Shown: positions 17,964 to 27,015, counted from the stretch's first letter. The stretch: 32,000 bases of DNA from Erysipelotrichaceae bacterium (GCA_028698185.1 JAQVDW010000001.1:1-32000), one strand, 5' to 3'. The notes: generated by a model from the letters alone, not told the origin. Numbers and translations: made by a program.

Positions 17964-18039
17964 TGGCTGGGGTACCTGGATTCGAACCAGGGAAATGACA
18001 GAGTCAAAGTCTGTTGCCTTACCGCTTGGCTATACCCCA
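17964..18039 (-). tRNA. tRNA-Gln (anticodon TTG), CCA encoded
   Basis: The reverse complement reads TGGGGTATAGCCAAGCGGTAAGGC...; anticodon stem ACAGA/TCTGT with loop CTTTGAC; T-arm CTGGTTCGAATCCAG. Confidence 0.9.
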
Positions 18040-18044
18040 ATAAA

Positions 18045-18128
18045 TGGTGGAGGAGGGCGGATTCGAACCACCGAACCGAAAGGAACTGAGTTACAGTCAG
18101 CCGCGTTTGGCCACTTCGCTACTCCTCC
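18045..18128 (-). tRNA. tRNA-Tyr (anticodon GTA), CCA encoded
   Basis: The reverse complement reads GGAGGAGTAGCGAAGTGGCCAAACGC...; anticodon loop CTGTAAC; long variable arm; T-arm GGTGGTTCGAATCCGCC. Confidence 0.9.
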
Positions 18129-18131
18129 ATA

Positions 18132-18207
<76 letters not shown>

Positions 18208-18228
18208 ATTTTTTGTAGTTATAATAAA

Positions 18229-18304
18229 TGGTGGGGGTTAACGGGCTCGAACCGCTGACCCTCTGCTTGTAAGGCAGATGCTCTCCCAACTGAGCTAAAC
18301 CCCC
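18229..18304 (-). tRNA. tRNA-Val (anticodon TAC), CCA encoded
   Basis: The reverse complement reads GGGGGTTTAGCTCAGTTGGGAGAGC...; anticodon loop CTTACAA; T-arm AGCGGTTCGAGCCCGTT. Confidence 0.9.
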
Positions 18305-18322
18305 GTTTGTCAGTGCTCATAT

Positions 18323-18351
18323 ATAATACCAAATATCCATACATGTGTCAA
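18323..18351 (-). promoter_or_regulatory. Near-consensus sigma-A promoter of the tRNA operon
   Basis: On the minus strand: TTGACA (18351-18346), 17-nt spacer, TATTAT (18328-18323). It lies about 18 nt upstream of the tRNA-Val 5' end. Confidence 0.7.
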
Positions 18352-18360
18352 ATACTTTTT

Positions 18361-18395
18361 TAAAAAATAGAGGGAGGTTTATAGTCTCCCTCTAT
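18361..18395 (-). terminator. Rho-independent terminator of pgi
   Basis: A 9-bp stem ATAGAGGGA/TCCCTCTAT followed on the minus strand by a T-run, starting 8 nt after the pgi stop. Confidence 0.75.
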
Positions 18396-18402
18396 TAATT
18401 GA

Positions 18403-19683
18403 TTAGCAACCAGGTTTTCCTAATAGTTTGAACATGTTAGCTTTGTAAACTTCAACGCCAGGTTGGTTGAAAGGATTTACCCCTAAGAAGTAACAGCTCA
18501 TTGCGCAAGACAATTCAAAGAAGTAAACCATGTATCCAAAACCGTATGCATCCATTTTTTCAAGGTTGATCAAAATGTTTGGTACGTTACCAGTGTTTAC
18601 ATGGGCATCGATTGTTCCTTCTGCTGCCTTTTTGTTTACATAATCAACTGTTTTACCAGTCAAGTAGTTCAAGCAGTCCAAATCGTCTTTGTCGTTTGGA
18701 ACTTCGATATTCAAAGCAGGGGTGTCGATTTGCAGTACAGTTTCGAATAAGACTTTTGAACCATCTTGAACAAATTGTCCTAATGAGTGAAGGTCAGTTG
18801 AGAAAGTTCCCGAAGTAGGCAAGATCCCCTTACCATCTTTACCTTCAGATTCACCGTAAAGCTGTTTCCACCATTCAGCAACCATAGCCAATTGCAATTC
18901 ATAGGTTACAAACATTTCGGCAGGGTAACCTTGTTTCCCCAGCAATTGACGGGCTACACCGTAACGGTAAGAATCATTTGTTTCGATATTGTCATCGTTG
19001 TATTTTTGGCTTGCATCCAAAGCTCCTTTTAACATGGCATCGATATCGATACCAGCCATGGCGATTGGGAACAGACCTACTGCTGTAAGTACTGAGAAGC
19101 GTCCACCAACGTTGTCAGGGATGACGAAAGTCACGTATTCTTCATTATTTGCCAAAGTTTTCAATGCACCTCTAGCTTTGTCGGTTGTAGCGACAATTCT
19201 TTGCTTAGCGATTTCTTTTCCTTTTTGGTTTTCTAAAAGTTCTTTGAAAATTCTAAAAGAAATAGAAGTTTCTGTAGTTGTTCCTGACTTAGAGATAACG
19301 TTGATTGCGAATTCTTTGTCTTTTACATATTCAACAACCTGCTTGATGTATGTTGATGAGAAAGTGTTTCCCACATAGATGATTTCCATTTTGTCGCTGC
19401 CATACAATCCGTTTACTGCATCGATTGCCGCACGTGCTCCCAAGTATGAACCACCGATTCCACAAACCAATAAAACGTCAACCTCTTCACGTAATTTAGC
19501 TGCAGTTTTCTTGATCAATTCAACTTCCGCTTTGTCATGGTCAGAAGGTAATGTCAACCAACCTAAGAAGTCATTGCCTAAACCAGTCCCTTCATTGATC
19601 ATTTGGTGAATTTCTTTTACTTTTTCACCGTACGCTGACAAGTCTTCAGCCAATTTCGCTTGTGATAAATCTAAAGTTATCAT
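18403..19683 (-). CDS. pgi: Glucose-6-phosphate isomerase
   Basis: 426-aa ORF with Gram-positive-type PGI blocks (GIGGSYLGARA, ISKSGTTTET, GGRFSVLTAVGL, ESEGK, NPFNQPGVE). Confidence 0.95.
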   Translation of the reverse strand: MITLDLSQAKLAEDLSAYGEKVKEIHQMINEGTGLGNDFLGWLTLPSDHDKAEVELIKKTAAKLREEVDVLLVCGIGGSYLGARAAIDAVNGLYGSDKMEIIYVGNTFSSTYIKQVVEYVKDKEFAINVISKSGTTTETSISFRIFKELLENQKGKEIAKQRIVATTDKARGALKTLANNEEYVTFVIPDNVGGRFSVLTAVGLFPIAMAGIDIDAMLKGALDASQKYNDDNIETNDSYRYGVARQLLGKQGYPAEMFVTYELQLAMVAEWWKQLYGESEGKDGKGILPTSGTFSTDLHSLGQFVQDGSKVLFETVLQIDTPALNIEVPNDKDDLDCLNYLTGKTVDYVNKKAAEGTIDAHVNTGNVPNILINLEKMDAYGFGYMVYFFELSCAMSCYFLGVNPFNQPGVEVYKANMFKLLGKPGC

Positions 19684-20054
19684 TTCTTTTCCTCCACTAT
19701 TCCTTTTTCAATCCAGCCATTCAAAAGCTCAGCTAATGAATCAAATCCTTTAGGTGTTTCTTTGATCAGCCTTCTTGGGTTTTTATAGTAAACTCGATTA
19801 CTGCGGCGGTTTCTGCGATTAACGGCTTTTAGACTCAGTTTGGCATGATTGTCCGAGTCAAAATCTAGGACCTTGACTTTCACTATGTCGTCGATATTGA
19901 CAAATTTTTCAATTGACTTTACAAATTTGTCAGATATTTCGGAAATATGAATCAATCCAGTCGAGTTGTCAGGCAAAAGGGCGAATGCCCCATAAGGCTG
20001 AATTCCGGTAATTTTGACAGATATGATACTGCCTCTTTTAATAGATGTATCCAT
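19680..20054 (-). CDS. yugI: S1 RNA-binding domain protein (YugI / general stress protein 13-like)
   Basis: S1 motif GSIISVKITGIQPYGAFALL...GLIHISEIS..F plus a basic tail. ATG 20054 is preceded by GGGAGG; the ORF track extends 12 codons further. The stop overlaps the pgi ATG (ATGA). As I recall, yugI and pgi are also neighbours in B. subtilis. Confidence 0.85.
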   Translation of the reverse strand: MDTSIKRGSIISVKITGIQPYGAFALLPDNSTGLIHISEISDKFVKSIEKFVNIDDIVKVKVLDFDSDNHAKLSLKAVNRRNRRSNRVYYKNPRRLIKETPKGFDSLAELLNGWIEKGIVEEKK

Positions 20055-20072
20055 AAAAACCTCCCGAAAATG

Positions 20073-20081
20073 ATTATAGCA
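20073..20081 (-). promoter_or_regulatory. Extended -10 element (TGcTATAAT) upstream of yugI-pgi
   Basis: The minus strand reads TGCTATAAT about 18 nt upstream of the ATG at 20054. There is no clear -35 element. Confidence 0.4.
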
Positions 20082-20160
20082 TAATTCCAAAACTATATGT
20101 ATATTTTTTCAAAAAAGTAAATTAAATTATGACTCACAATAAAAAAACAATGTCCCAGTT

Positions 20161-20610
20161 TTACTGGAACATTGCCATTCGCTTTACCATGATTGCCACG
20201 ATACTTTCAAGCGCTTCCTGAATTGTCGTGTCGAAACGATCAAATTCCAAAGAATCCAAATCAAGAACCCCAATGCCCTTACCTTTTACATAAATCGGGA
20301 TTACCAGCTCGCTGTTGGTGGCGTTGTCACAGGCGATATGATCATCGAAGCTGTGGACATCGGGTACGTTCAACGTTTTTCTCTGGTTGAAAGACTTGCC
20401 GCAGACACCACGGTCATAAGCGATTTTTTCACATGCGACCTTGCCTTGGAACGGACCTAGTTGCAGATGGCCGTTTTTATTCAAGTAGAACCCAACCCAA
20501 GATATGTTTGGGAAACTTTGCATGATAAAAGCACTTGTGTTGCTGTACAGAGTAATCAGATCGTCGCAATCATCGATCAGCGACTGATATTGTTGTGAAA
20601 TCAATTCCAT
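20161..20610 (-). CDS. msrC: GAF-domain free methionine-(R)-sulfoxide reductase (MsrC/YebR/YtsP family)
   Basis: Family blocks WVGFYL...LQLGPFQGKVAC..I..DRGVCGKS, HIACD..TNSELVIP and GVLDLDS. SD AGGAGAAAATA precedes the ATG, which overlaps the ATPase stop by 1 nt (TAATG). Confidence 0.85.
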   Translation of the reverse strand: MELISQQYQSLIDDCDDLITLYSNTSAFIMQSFPNISWVGFYLNKNGHLQLGPFQGKVACEKIAYDRGVCGKSFNQRKTLNVPDVHSFDDHIACDNATNSELVIPIYVKGKGIGVLDLDSLEFDRFDTTIQEALESIVAIMVKRMAMFQ

Positions 20611-22928
20611 TATTTTCTCCTGTTAGATATATTGTAAAAGGCAGTGATGGCGGATTTTACTGTATGGATAACTGTCAAACCTAGAATCAGCGATGCTCCA
20701 AGAACGATCCATCCCGCCAAATCAATCATAGTCACTCCAACAATATTTTGCAATATAAACAGACTTATCATGAACATTATTGCGCTTGTATATAGTATCA
20801 AACGGCGAAACCTGTTCAGAGGCTGGTAAATCCGATACATGGTGTAAAAATAATTGGCGCCATTGTTTAAGACGCAGATCATTGCAATCTGGCTAGCTGC
20901 GAAATGAAATCTATTGCCAATCAGGACGACCACAACCGCGTTTATAGAAATCGAAACCGCCACAGGCAGGGCATGTAGGAAAATCCTGAAGAAGAAATCA
21001 TCATTGATTCGGTTGTAGTTTGGCTCATAAGTCAAAAAGAATGTCGGCAAACCTACTGCAAATGCCGAAATCAAGGTCAGTTGGACCGGCAAAAAAGGAT
21101 AGTGGATTGAAAAAATTATAGCGCTCAAGGTCAAAACGATCGAGAAGAAAGTTTTGATCAGATAGATGATGGCGGAATTTGATATGTTGTTGATGACCCG
21201 GCGCCCCTGTTGCAAGGCGTCCTTCAAAGAACCAAAGTCGTCATCGAGCAGGATTATATTGGCTATGTTTTTTGTTGCCTGAGATCCCGAACCCAGGGCG
21301 ATCGAGCAATCGGCATCCTTAAGGGCCAGCAAGTCGTTGATTCCGTCACCGGTCATGGCTACTGTTTTTTTGTTTGACTGATAATGATGAACAAGAAGGC
21401 GTTTTTGTTCCGGCGTGGTCCGCCCGAAGACGTTATGGTCGAGTGCCTTGTTTTTGAGTTCCGACTCTGTGAGTCCGGCGCAATTGAGTCCCTTGATGTT
21501 GGTCAGGCCACATTTCAATGCTATATTGCATACTGTATTGAAATCGTCGCCGCTGATCACCTTGATGTCGACATCATTGGCAACAAAAAAATCAAATAAC
21601 TCATTGACATTGGGGCGGAGAATATCAGATAAGATAATCAGACCAACGAGCTTGATGTGTTGGTGCCTGATGCCCTCATGCAACAAAGGGGAATAGCCTA
21701 GAGCCAGTACCCGATAACCTTCGGTTGTGTAGTTACTTATGAGCAGCTGATCGCTTTCGCTCATGTGATCAAATATCGAGCTCGGGGCACCCAAATAATA
21801 AGTTCCAATATCATTGAAACTGACTAGAGAATATTTGTTGACCGAATTGAATTGAACTGTGCGTTCGCATCTGAAATTTGTGAAAACTGGAAAATAATCA
21901 CTTAGCGCTCTAGCGGTTTCGTTTACTGTCTCGAGATGGTTCAACATATTGCCGATTATCTCCTTGATATTCAAACTGGTTAGATTGATGATGTCATCGA
22001 CCCGGATATTGCCTAACGTCAACGTTCCGGTCTTGTCGATGCATAAGGTGTCGACCCGCGCAAGGGTCTCGATTGAATAAAGCTCCTGGACAAGGACATT
22101 CCGGTTGGCCAGGATGATTGTTCCGATCGTCAGTGATATTGATGTGAGAAGCACCAGCCCTTGGGGAATCATCCCGATTTGACTGGCGGTCATGGCGATT
22201 ATGCTTGTATTGAAGCTAAGTTTCAGTACATAATATGATTGCAAAAACAAAACTAGGCCAAGTGGGATAATCACAATTGAGACCATTTTCAGGATGCGGT
22301 TGAGATAATGATACAGTTTGGAAGTATGAAGCCGGAACTGCTTGGCTTCCTTGATTATTTGTTCAATATAATTGTCGGCTCCAACATGATCGACCTCGCA
22401 ATAGAGTTCACCGTTGATTACAATCGAACCTGAAAGCAAATGGTCGCCACAGGTTTTGAAAATGCCGTTGGCCTCTCCGGTGATCAGTGATTCGTTGATT
22501 TCCCCGCTACCTTTAAGGATATGGCAATCGACACTGATGTTATCATTTGTACCATATATAACTACATCATTAAGAACTATCTGGTTGTCAACGACTATCT
22601 CGATTTTTCCGTCTCTGACTACTTTGGTAGAGGCTGGCTTGTCCATGGCAACCCGGTCCAGAATCATCTTAGCCCGAATTTCCTGGAATATTCCGATAAA
22701 AGTATTGGTCACAAAGGTCAGACCAAACAAGGCATTGCCGTAGGACCTGGTCGAAAGCACCAGTACCAACAAAAAAGCATTGAGCAAATTGAAAAAAGTG
22801 ACGATATTATAAAAGAAAATATCCTTGTAGCTGCGGCTGTTGGATACATGGGAATTATTGACTTGACCCAGGGCCATTCGGTCTTGGACTTCGCTTGTAC
22901 TCAAGCCGGATAACTTGGTTAAGGCCAT
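20610..22928 (-). CDS. Cation-translocating P-type ATPase, substrate unassigned
   Basis: Phosphorylation motif DKTGTLT, hinge TGDGINDLLALKDAD, TGE motif LITGEA, and TM4 motif IPQGL (rather than PEGL or CPx). ATG 22928 is preceded by GAGGTG; the ORF-track GTG start lies inside that SD. Confidence 0.9.
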   Translation of the reverse strand: MALTKLSGLSTSEVQDRMALGQVNNSHVSNSRSYKDIFFYNIVTFFNLLNAFLLVLVLSTRSYGNALFGLTFVTNTFIGIFQEIRAKMILDRVAMDKPASTKVVRDGKIEIVVDNQIVLNDVVIYGTNDNISVDCHILKGSGEINESLITGEANGIFKTCGDHLLSGSIVINGELYCEVDHVGADNYIEQIIKEAKQFRLHTSKLYHYLNRILKMVSIVIIPLGLVLFLQSYYVLKLSFNTSIIAMTASQIGMIPQGLVLLTSISLTIGTIILANRNVLVQELYSIETLARVDTLCIDKTGTLTLGNIRVDDIINLTSLNIKEIIGNMLNHLETVNETARALSDYFPVFTNFRCERTVQFNSVNKYSLVSFNDIGTYYLGAPSSIFDHMSESDQLLISNYTTEGYRVLALGYSPLLHEGIRHQHIKLVGLIILSDILRPNVNELFDFFVANDVDIKVISGDDFNTVCNIALKCGLTNIKGLNCAGLTESELKNKALDHNVFGRTTPEQKRLLVHHYQSNKKTVAMTGDGINDLLALKDADCSIALGSGSQATKNIANIILLDDDFGSLKDALQQGRRVINNISNSAIIYLIKTFFSIVLTLSAIIFSIHYPFLPVQLTLISAFAVGLPTFFLTYEPNYNRINDDFFFRIFLHALPVAVSISINAVVVVLIGNRFHFAASQIAMICVLNNGANYFYTMYRIYQPLNRFRRLILYTSAIMFMISLFILQNIVGVTMIDLAGWIVLGASLILGLTVIHTVKSAITAFYNISNRRK

Positions 22929-22948
22929 TGTAATCACCTCTTTACTAA

Positions 22949-22957
22949 ATTATATCA
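22949..22957 (-). promoter_or_regulatory. Extended -10 element (TGaTATAAT) for the P-type ATPase operon
   Basis: The minus strand reads TGATATAAT about 20 nt upstream of the ATG at 22928. Confidence 0.45.
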
Positions 22958-22987
22958 TACTAAAAATCTTCAATAAAGTTGAAATAA

Positions 22988-23032
22988 ATTGTATACAATT
23001 TTCATGGAATTTGCTATAATACAGTGTATACA
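22988..23032 (+). promoter_or_regulatory. Citrate synthase promoter (TATACA, 17 nt, TGcTATAAT) bracketed by two TGTATACA palindromes
   Basis: A perfect 14-bp palindrome AATTGTATACAATT (22988-23001) overlaps the -35 element. The extended -10 TGCTATAAT lies at 23012-23020. A second TGTATACA (23025-23032) sits at about the expected transcription start. Confidence 0.5.
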
Positions 23033-23053
23033 TTAAGGTGTAGGAGGTACTTT

Positions 23054-24391
23054 ATGGATAGTAATATACAAAAATTTTATGAAAAAAGTATTGATATCAA
23101 TAAAATCGATGATGAATTTTACAACATTTACGATGTAAAAAAAGGATTGCGTAACGATGATGGAACCGGGGTTCTTGTTCGTCTGACCAAGATTGCCGAT
23201 GTTGTCGGATATGAAAAAGTCGGTGACAAAAAACTCGATGTTGAAGGTAAACTTTATTATCGAGGCTATTCGGTCGAGGATTTAATCGGTGGGGCCAATG
23301 GGCGCAGCCATCTTTTTGAAGAGGTTTGTTTTTTGATCATCTTCGGTTATTTGCCTAACAAGGATGAATTGGAAGTTTTCAAAAATGAATTGGCATCACG
23401 CTATGACCTGCCAAACAATTTCCTTGAAAGCAACATCATCAATACCGAATCATTCAATATAATGAACAAGCTGCAACAGGAAGTGTTGATGCTATATAAT
23501 TTTGACAAGACCCCTGAGGATATTTCGGTCGAGGCCACAATTGACAAGGGGTTGGATCTTATTGCGAAAATTCCGTATCTCGCGGTTTATGCCTACCGGA
23601 CTAAGTCATACAAAATCGACAAGAAGTCACTGGTAATCCACCATATTGACCCAAAATTGTCGATTGCGCAAAATATTTTGCTGCTGTTGCGTGATGACGG
23701 GGTCTATTCACAAAAAGAAGCACAGATATTGGATAGCTGTCTTGTTGTGCATGCCGATCACGGCGGGGGGAACAACTCGACTTTTACCAATGTCGTGATT
23801 TCATCGACCGGTACCGATATTTACTCGGCATTCTCCGGTGCAATCGGTTCGTTGAAAGGTCCACGTCACGGTGGAGCCAACCATTCGGTTATTAAACAGA
23901 TGAATCTGGCTATCGAGCAACTGGGTCTTAACCCTGATGATGAACAGCTTGAGAATCTGATCAATGAAATCCTGGGTGGAAACTTCAATGACAACAGCGG
24001 ATTGATTTATGGAATCGGACATGCCGTTTACACCTTGAGCGACCCACGATGCAAGATCCTCAAACAGAATTGTTACGAGCTGGCGATTGAAAAAAATCAG
24101 CTGGAGAAATTCGATTTCTATGAACGCTTTGAAAAGATGGCAATAAAGATTATCAAGGAACGCAAAAACTTGAATCTTTGTGCCAATGTCGATTTCTATT
24201 CCGGGTTTGTATACCAGATGCTCGACATCCCTGAAGAACTGTATACACCTTTGTTTGTCATTGGAAGGACAGTAGGGTGGTTGGCTCACAATGTTGAAAA
24301 CAAGGTTTCAACCAACAAGATTATCAGGCCGGCTGCCAAATTTGTCGGTGAGAACAACGAGGAATATCTTCCTTTGGAAAAACGTCAATAA
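23054..24391 (+). CDS. Citrate synthase
   Basis: About 445 aa with active-site blocks HADHGGGNNSTF, GPRHGGAN and YGIGHAVY..SDPR. ATG 23054 is preceded by AGGAGG; the ORF-track start is 10 codons upstream. Confidence 0.9.
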   Translation: MDSNIQKFYEKSIDINKIDDEFYNIYDVKKGLRNDDGTGVLVRLTKIADVVGYEKVGDKKLDVEGKLYYRGYSVEDLIGGANGRSHLFEEVCFLIIFGYLPNKDELEVFKNELASRYDLPNNFLESNIINTESFNIMNKLQQEVLMLYNFDKTPEDISVEATIDKGLDLIAKIPYLAVYAYRTKSYKIDKKSLVIHHIDPKLSIAQNILLLLRDDGVYSQKEAQILDSCLVVHADHGGGNNSTFTNVVISSTGTDIYSAFSGAIGSLKGPRHGGANHSVIKQMNLAIEQLGLNPDDEQLENLINEILGGNFNDNSGLIYGIGHAVYTLSDPRCKILKQNCYELAIEKNQLEKFDFYERFEKMAIKIIKERKNLNLCANVDFYSGFVYQMLDIPEELYTPLFVIGRTVGWLAHNVENKVSTNKIIRPAAKFVGENNEEYLPLEKRQ

Positions 24392-24394
24392 TGC

Positions 24395-24431
24395 AAAAAG
24401 ATCTGAATCGTTGCGATTCAGATCTTTTTTT
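24395..24431. terminator. Bidirectional intrinsic terminator between convergent citrate synthase and ilvE
   Basis: AAAAAGATCTGAATCG-TTG-CGATTCAGATCTTTTTTT: a perfect long stem with A- and T-runs on either side. Confidence 0.85.
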
Positions 24432-25497
24432 ATAATTTCACTTCATGATTCCAAGCGAACTTGTCTTCGACATCACCCCATTGGATTCCTGTCAAAGTGT
24501 CGTACAATTTTTGGGTTAGAATTCCAGTTTTGAAATCATTGATTTGGACTTCTTCACCTTTGTAGTACAGCTGCCCGATTGGAGAAATAACGGCTGCGGT
24601 TCCGGTACCGAACGCCTCTTTTAAACGTCCTGTTTTGGCGGCATCCATAAGCTCGTCGATAGATAGTTTTCTTTCTTCGACTTCGATGTTCCAATCCTTT
24701 AACAGTGTGATGATTGAATCACGTGTAACGCCTGGCAACACCGAACCGTCAATTGGAGCGGTAACGACTTTATCATCGATTACGAACATCGCATTCATCG
24801 TTCCCACTTCTTCGACGTATTTGCGTTCCACACCATCAAGCCAGAGTACTTGGGTGTAGCCTTGGGATTGGGCTTTTTCCTGGGCGGCAATGCTGGCAGC
24901 ATAATTTCCGCCGCATTTGGCAAAACCGGTTCCTCCCTTGACCGCGCGGACATATTCGTCTTCAACCCAAATTTTAACCGGGTTCACGCCTTCAGGATAA
25001 TATGCACCAACCGGAGTCATGATGATGATGAATTGGTAAGATTTAGCAGCATGGACACCAACTGAAGTTTCGGTAGCAAACATGAAAGGACGGATATATA
25101 AAGATGTTTCTTTTAAAGAGGGAACCCAGTCCTGTTCGATCTTGACAAGCTCTTCGATGGCTTCGATGAATATATTTTCATCCAAGGTCGCCATGCAAAG
25201 TCTTTCGTTTGACTTGATCATTCTTCTTGCATTCATTTCAGGTCTGAACAAAGTGATTTTCCCGTTTTTATGGCGGTAAGCTTTCAGCCCTTCAAATGTT
25301 TCCTGGGCATAGTGCAATACCATTGTTGCCGGATCGATTTGCAAAGGTCCGTAAGGGACGATACGGGCATCGTGCCAACCGATTCCTTTGGTGTAATCCA
25401 TCAAGAACATGTGGTCGGTAAAATATTTTCCAAAACCTAGCGAATTTTGGTCGGGTTTTTGTTTTAGCTGAGTAGCTTTTTCGAATTTGATATCCAT
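24430..25497 (-). CDS. ilvE: Branched-chain amino acid aminotransferase (class IV)
   Basis: About 355 aa with typical blocks (FGKYFTDHMF, HYAQETFEGLKAYR, AKCGGNYAAS, GTGTAAVISPIG). ATG 25497 is preceded by GGAGGT. Confidence 0.9.
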   Translation of the reverse strand: MDIKFEKATQLKQKPDQNSLGFGKYFTDHMFLMDYTKGIGWHDARIVPYGPLQIDPATMVLHYAQETFEGLKAYRHKNGKITLFRPEMNARRMIKSNERLCMATLDENIFIEAIEELVKIEQDWVPSLKETSLYIRPFMFATETSVGVHAAKSYQFIIIMTPVGAYYPEGVNPVKIWVEDEYVRAVKGGTGFAKCGGNYAASIAAQEKAQSQGYTQVLWLDGVERKYVEEVGTMNAMFVIDDKVVTAPIDGSVLPGVTRDSIITLLKDWNIEVEERKLSIDELMDAAKTGRLKEAFGTGTAAVISPIGQLYYKGEEVQINDFKTGILTQKLYDTLTGIQWGDVEDKFAWNHEVKL

Positions 25498-25515
25498 GTG
25501 ATAACCTCCAAATAA

Positions 25516-25546
25516 ATTATATAAACTATACACCGATTCGTATCAA
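25516..25546 (-). promoter_or_regulatory. Candidate ilvE promoter
   Basis: On the minus strand: TTGATA, 17 nt, TATATA (or 19 nt to TATAAT). The leader is too short for a T-box. Confidence 0.4.
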
Positions 25547-25611
25547 AAAACAAGATTTTTTAACAAAAACCAAAATTCAAATATTGAAATTTTTGAAATG
25601 CATAAAATAAC

Positions 25612-25634
25612 AAAAAAACGGGTTAACCCCGTTT
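25612..25634 (-). terminator. Probable terminator after coaX
   Basis: On the minus strand: AACGGGGTTAACCCGTT hairpin followed by a T7 run. It overlaps the coaX stop codon. Confidence 0.6.
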
Positions 25635-26403
25635 ATTGGTATTTGTTTTTGTCATAAATCATCTTCAGACCTTTGTATGTGAGATTTCTATCGTATATAT
25701 CGATTAAATCCGTTTCACTGGAAATCACGCGGCCCAAACCGCCGGTCGATACTACAAGCAATTCGCTACCGAATTCCTTTTTTATTTCTGTAATCAGTTT
25801 TTCGGTTAAGCCGATATATCCGATGATGCAACCCGCCTGCATAGAGGGTACCGTTTCCTTGGCTATCACATTTGGGGGCATCGCGATCTCGAATTCCGGA
25901 AGCATGGCGGCCTGGGCAGCCAGTGCCTGGCACATTACCTGGATTCCAGTGGAAGTGGCTCCGCCTAGAAAACATCCGTCGCCATCAACTACGTCGAACG
26001 TTGTCGCGGTTCCAAAATCGATTACCAGACAGGCTCGTTTGTATGTGTTGTAGGCGCCAACTGCGTCGACCAGACGGTCGGCCCCGAGTCCTTTTGGATT
26101 GGGGATTTTCAGCTTGATTCCCGTCTTGATTCCCGGGCCGACAATAATCGGATCCTGATTTAGATATTTCTTGATCGCATTGGTGAAGGCGTGCATTATT
26201 TTAGGGACAACAGAAGAGATGATGACATCTTCAATCTGCTCCACCTTTACATTATAAACGTCCAGGAAACTGTTGATCATGAATCCGTACTCATCCGAGG
26301 TCCTTTGAAGCTTGGTGGTCAAGCGGTATTCGGCAATGATCTGGTCCTGATCGAAAATCACGAGGGTGATATTTGTGTTGCCCATGTCGACAGCAATTAA
26401 CAT
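25633..26403 (-). CDS. coaX: Type III pantothenate kinase
   Basis: N-terminus LIAVDMGNTN, plus the blocks DFGTATTFD and GGATSTG typical of CoaX (ASKHA fold). Confidence 0.9.
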   Translation of the reverse strand: MLIAVDMGNTNITLVIFDQDQIIAEYRLTTKLQRTSDEYGFMINSFLDVYNVKVEQIEDVIISSVVPKIMHAFTNAIKKYLNQDPIIVGPGIKTGIKLKIPNPKGLGADRLVDAVGAYNTYKRACLVIDFGTATTFDVVDGDGCFLGGATSTGIQVMCQALAAQAAMLPEFEIAMPPNVIAKETVPSMQAGCIIGYIGLTEKLITEIKKEFGSELLVVSTGGLGRVISSETDLIDIYDRNLTYKGLKMIYDKNKYQ

Positions 26404-26412
26404 ATTTTATTC

Positions 26413-27015
26413 CTACTTTCTAAGATATTTCAAGATCGGGCGACATACCAAGGTCGCCAAAACCGATCCGAGGATGGCTTCGATAACGCTGTTGGTTGCC
26501 AAGATGCCAAAAATGATCGGCAGCAGGGCATCGAGCGAAACATTGTATAAAGACGCATATGCCTGTCCGTACAATACGTAAATCGAACCGAGCACGAAGA
26601 CTGAATGGATAAAACTGCTGGCCAATGCGACAGCAGGAATGTTAAAGGCGAAATCCGGCTTGACTTTCTGTGCCAATTCAAAAAGATATCCGGCTATGTA
26701 GCCCAATGTCATCCGCGGGACAATGGCGATAAAGGCGCTCATCAGATTTCCGGAAACAAAGGGACTGAACAAAAATGAGCCCGGAGTCACGTTGATTGTC
26801 GCATTGGTGATGCTCGCAATGCCAAATACCAGCCCCAGAAGGGCACCCCTGTTTTTGCCAAGGATGATTCCCGCGATGATTACGGGGATATGAAGCGTAG
26901 TCGCGTTGATTGGTCCAATCGGGATGAATCCCAGAAAAGGTACCATAAACAGCAAAAGCTCTATTGCAATGAACATTGCGGTCAAAGTCAATTTTTTTGT
27001 TTGTTCGTTTCTCAT
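26413..27015 (-). CDS. panT: ECF-transporter substrate-specific (S) component; pantothenate-specific PanT is the likely assignment
   Basis: About 200 aa with six hydrophobic helices. It sits 9 nt upstream of coaX in the same operon. ATG 27015 is preceded by GGAGGATAAT. The PanT call rests on gene context only. Confidence 0.65.
   Translation of the reverse strand: MRNEQTKKLTLTAMFIAIELLLFMVPFLGFIPIGPINATTLHIPVIIAGIILGKNRGALLGLVFGIASITNATINVTPGSFLFSPFVSGNLMSAFIAIVPRMTLGYIAGYLFELAQKVKPDFAFNIPAVALASSFIHSVFVLGSIYVLYGQAYASLYNVSLDALLPIIFGILATNSVIEAILGSVLATLVCRPILKYLRK

Noticed and set aside
25498-25560. A T-box or other leader riboswitch might lie upstream of ilvE.
   Set aside because: The distance from the candidate -10 element to the SD is only about 20-25 nt. 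That leaves no room for a T-box (over 200 nt), and there is no specifier or terminator-antiterminator structure.
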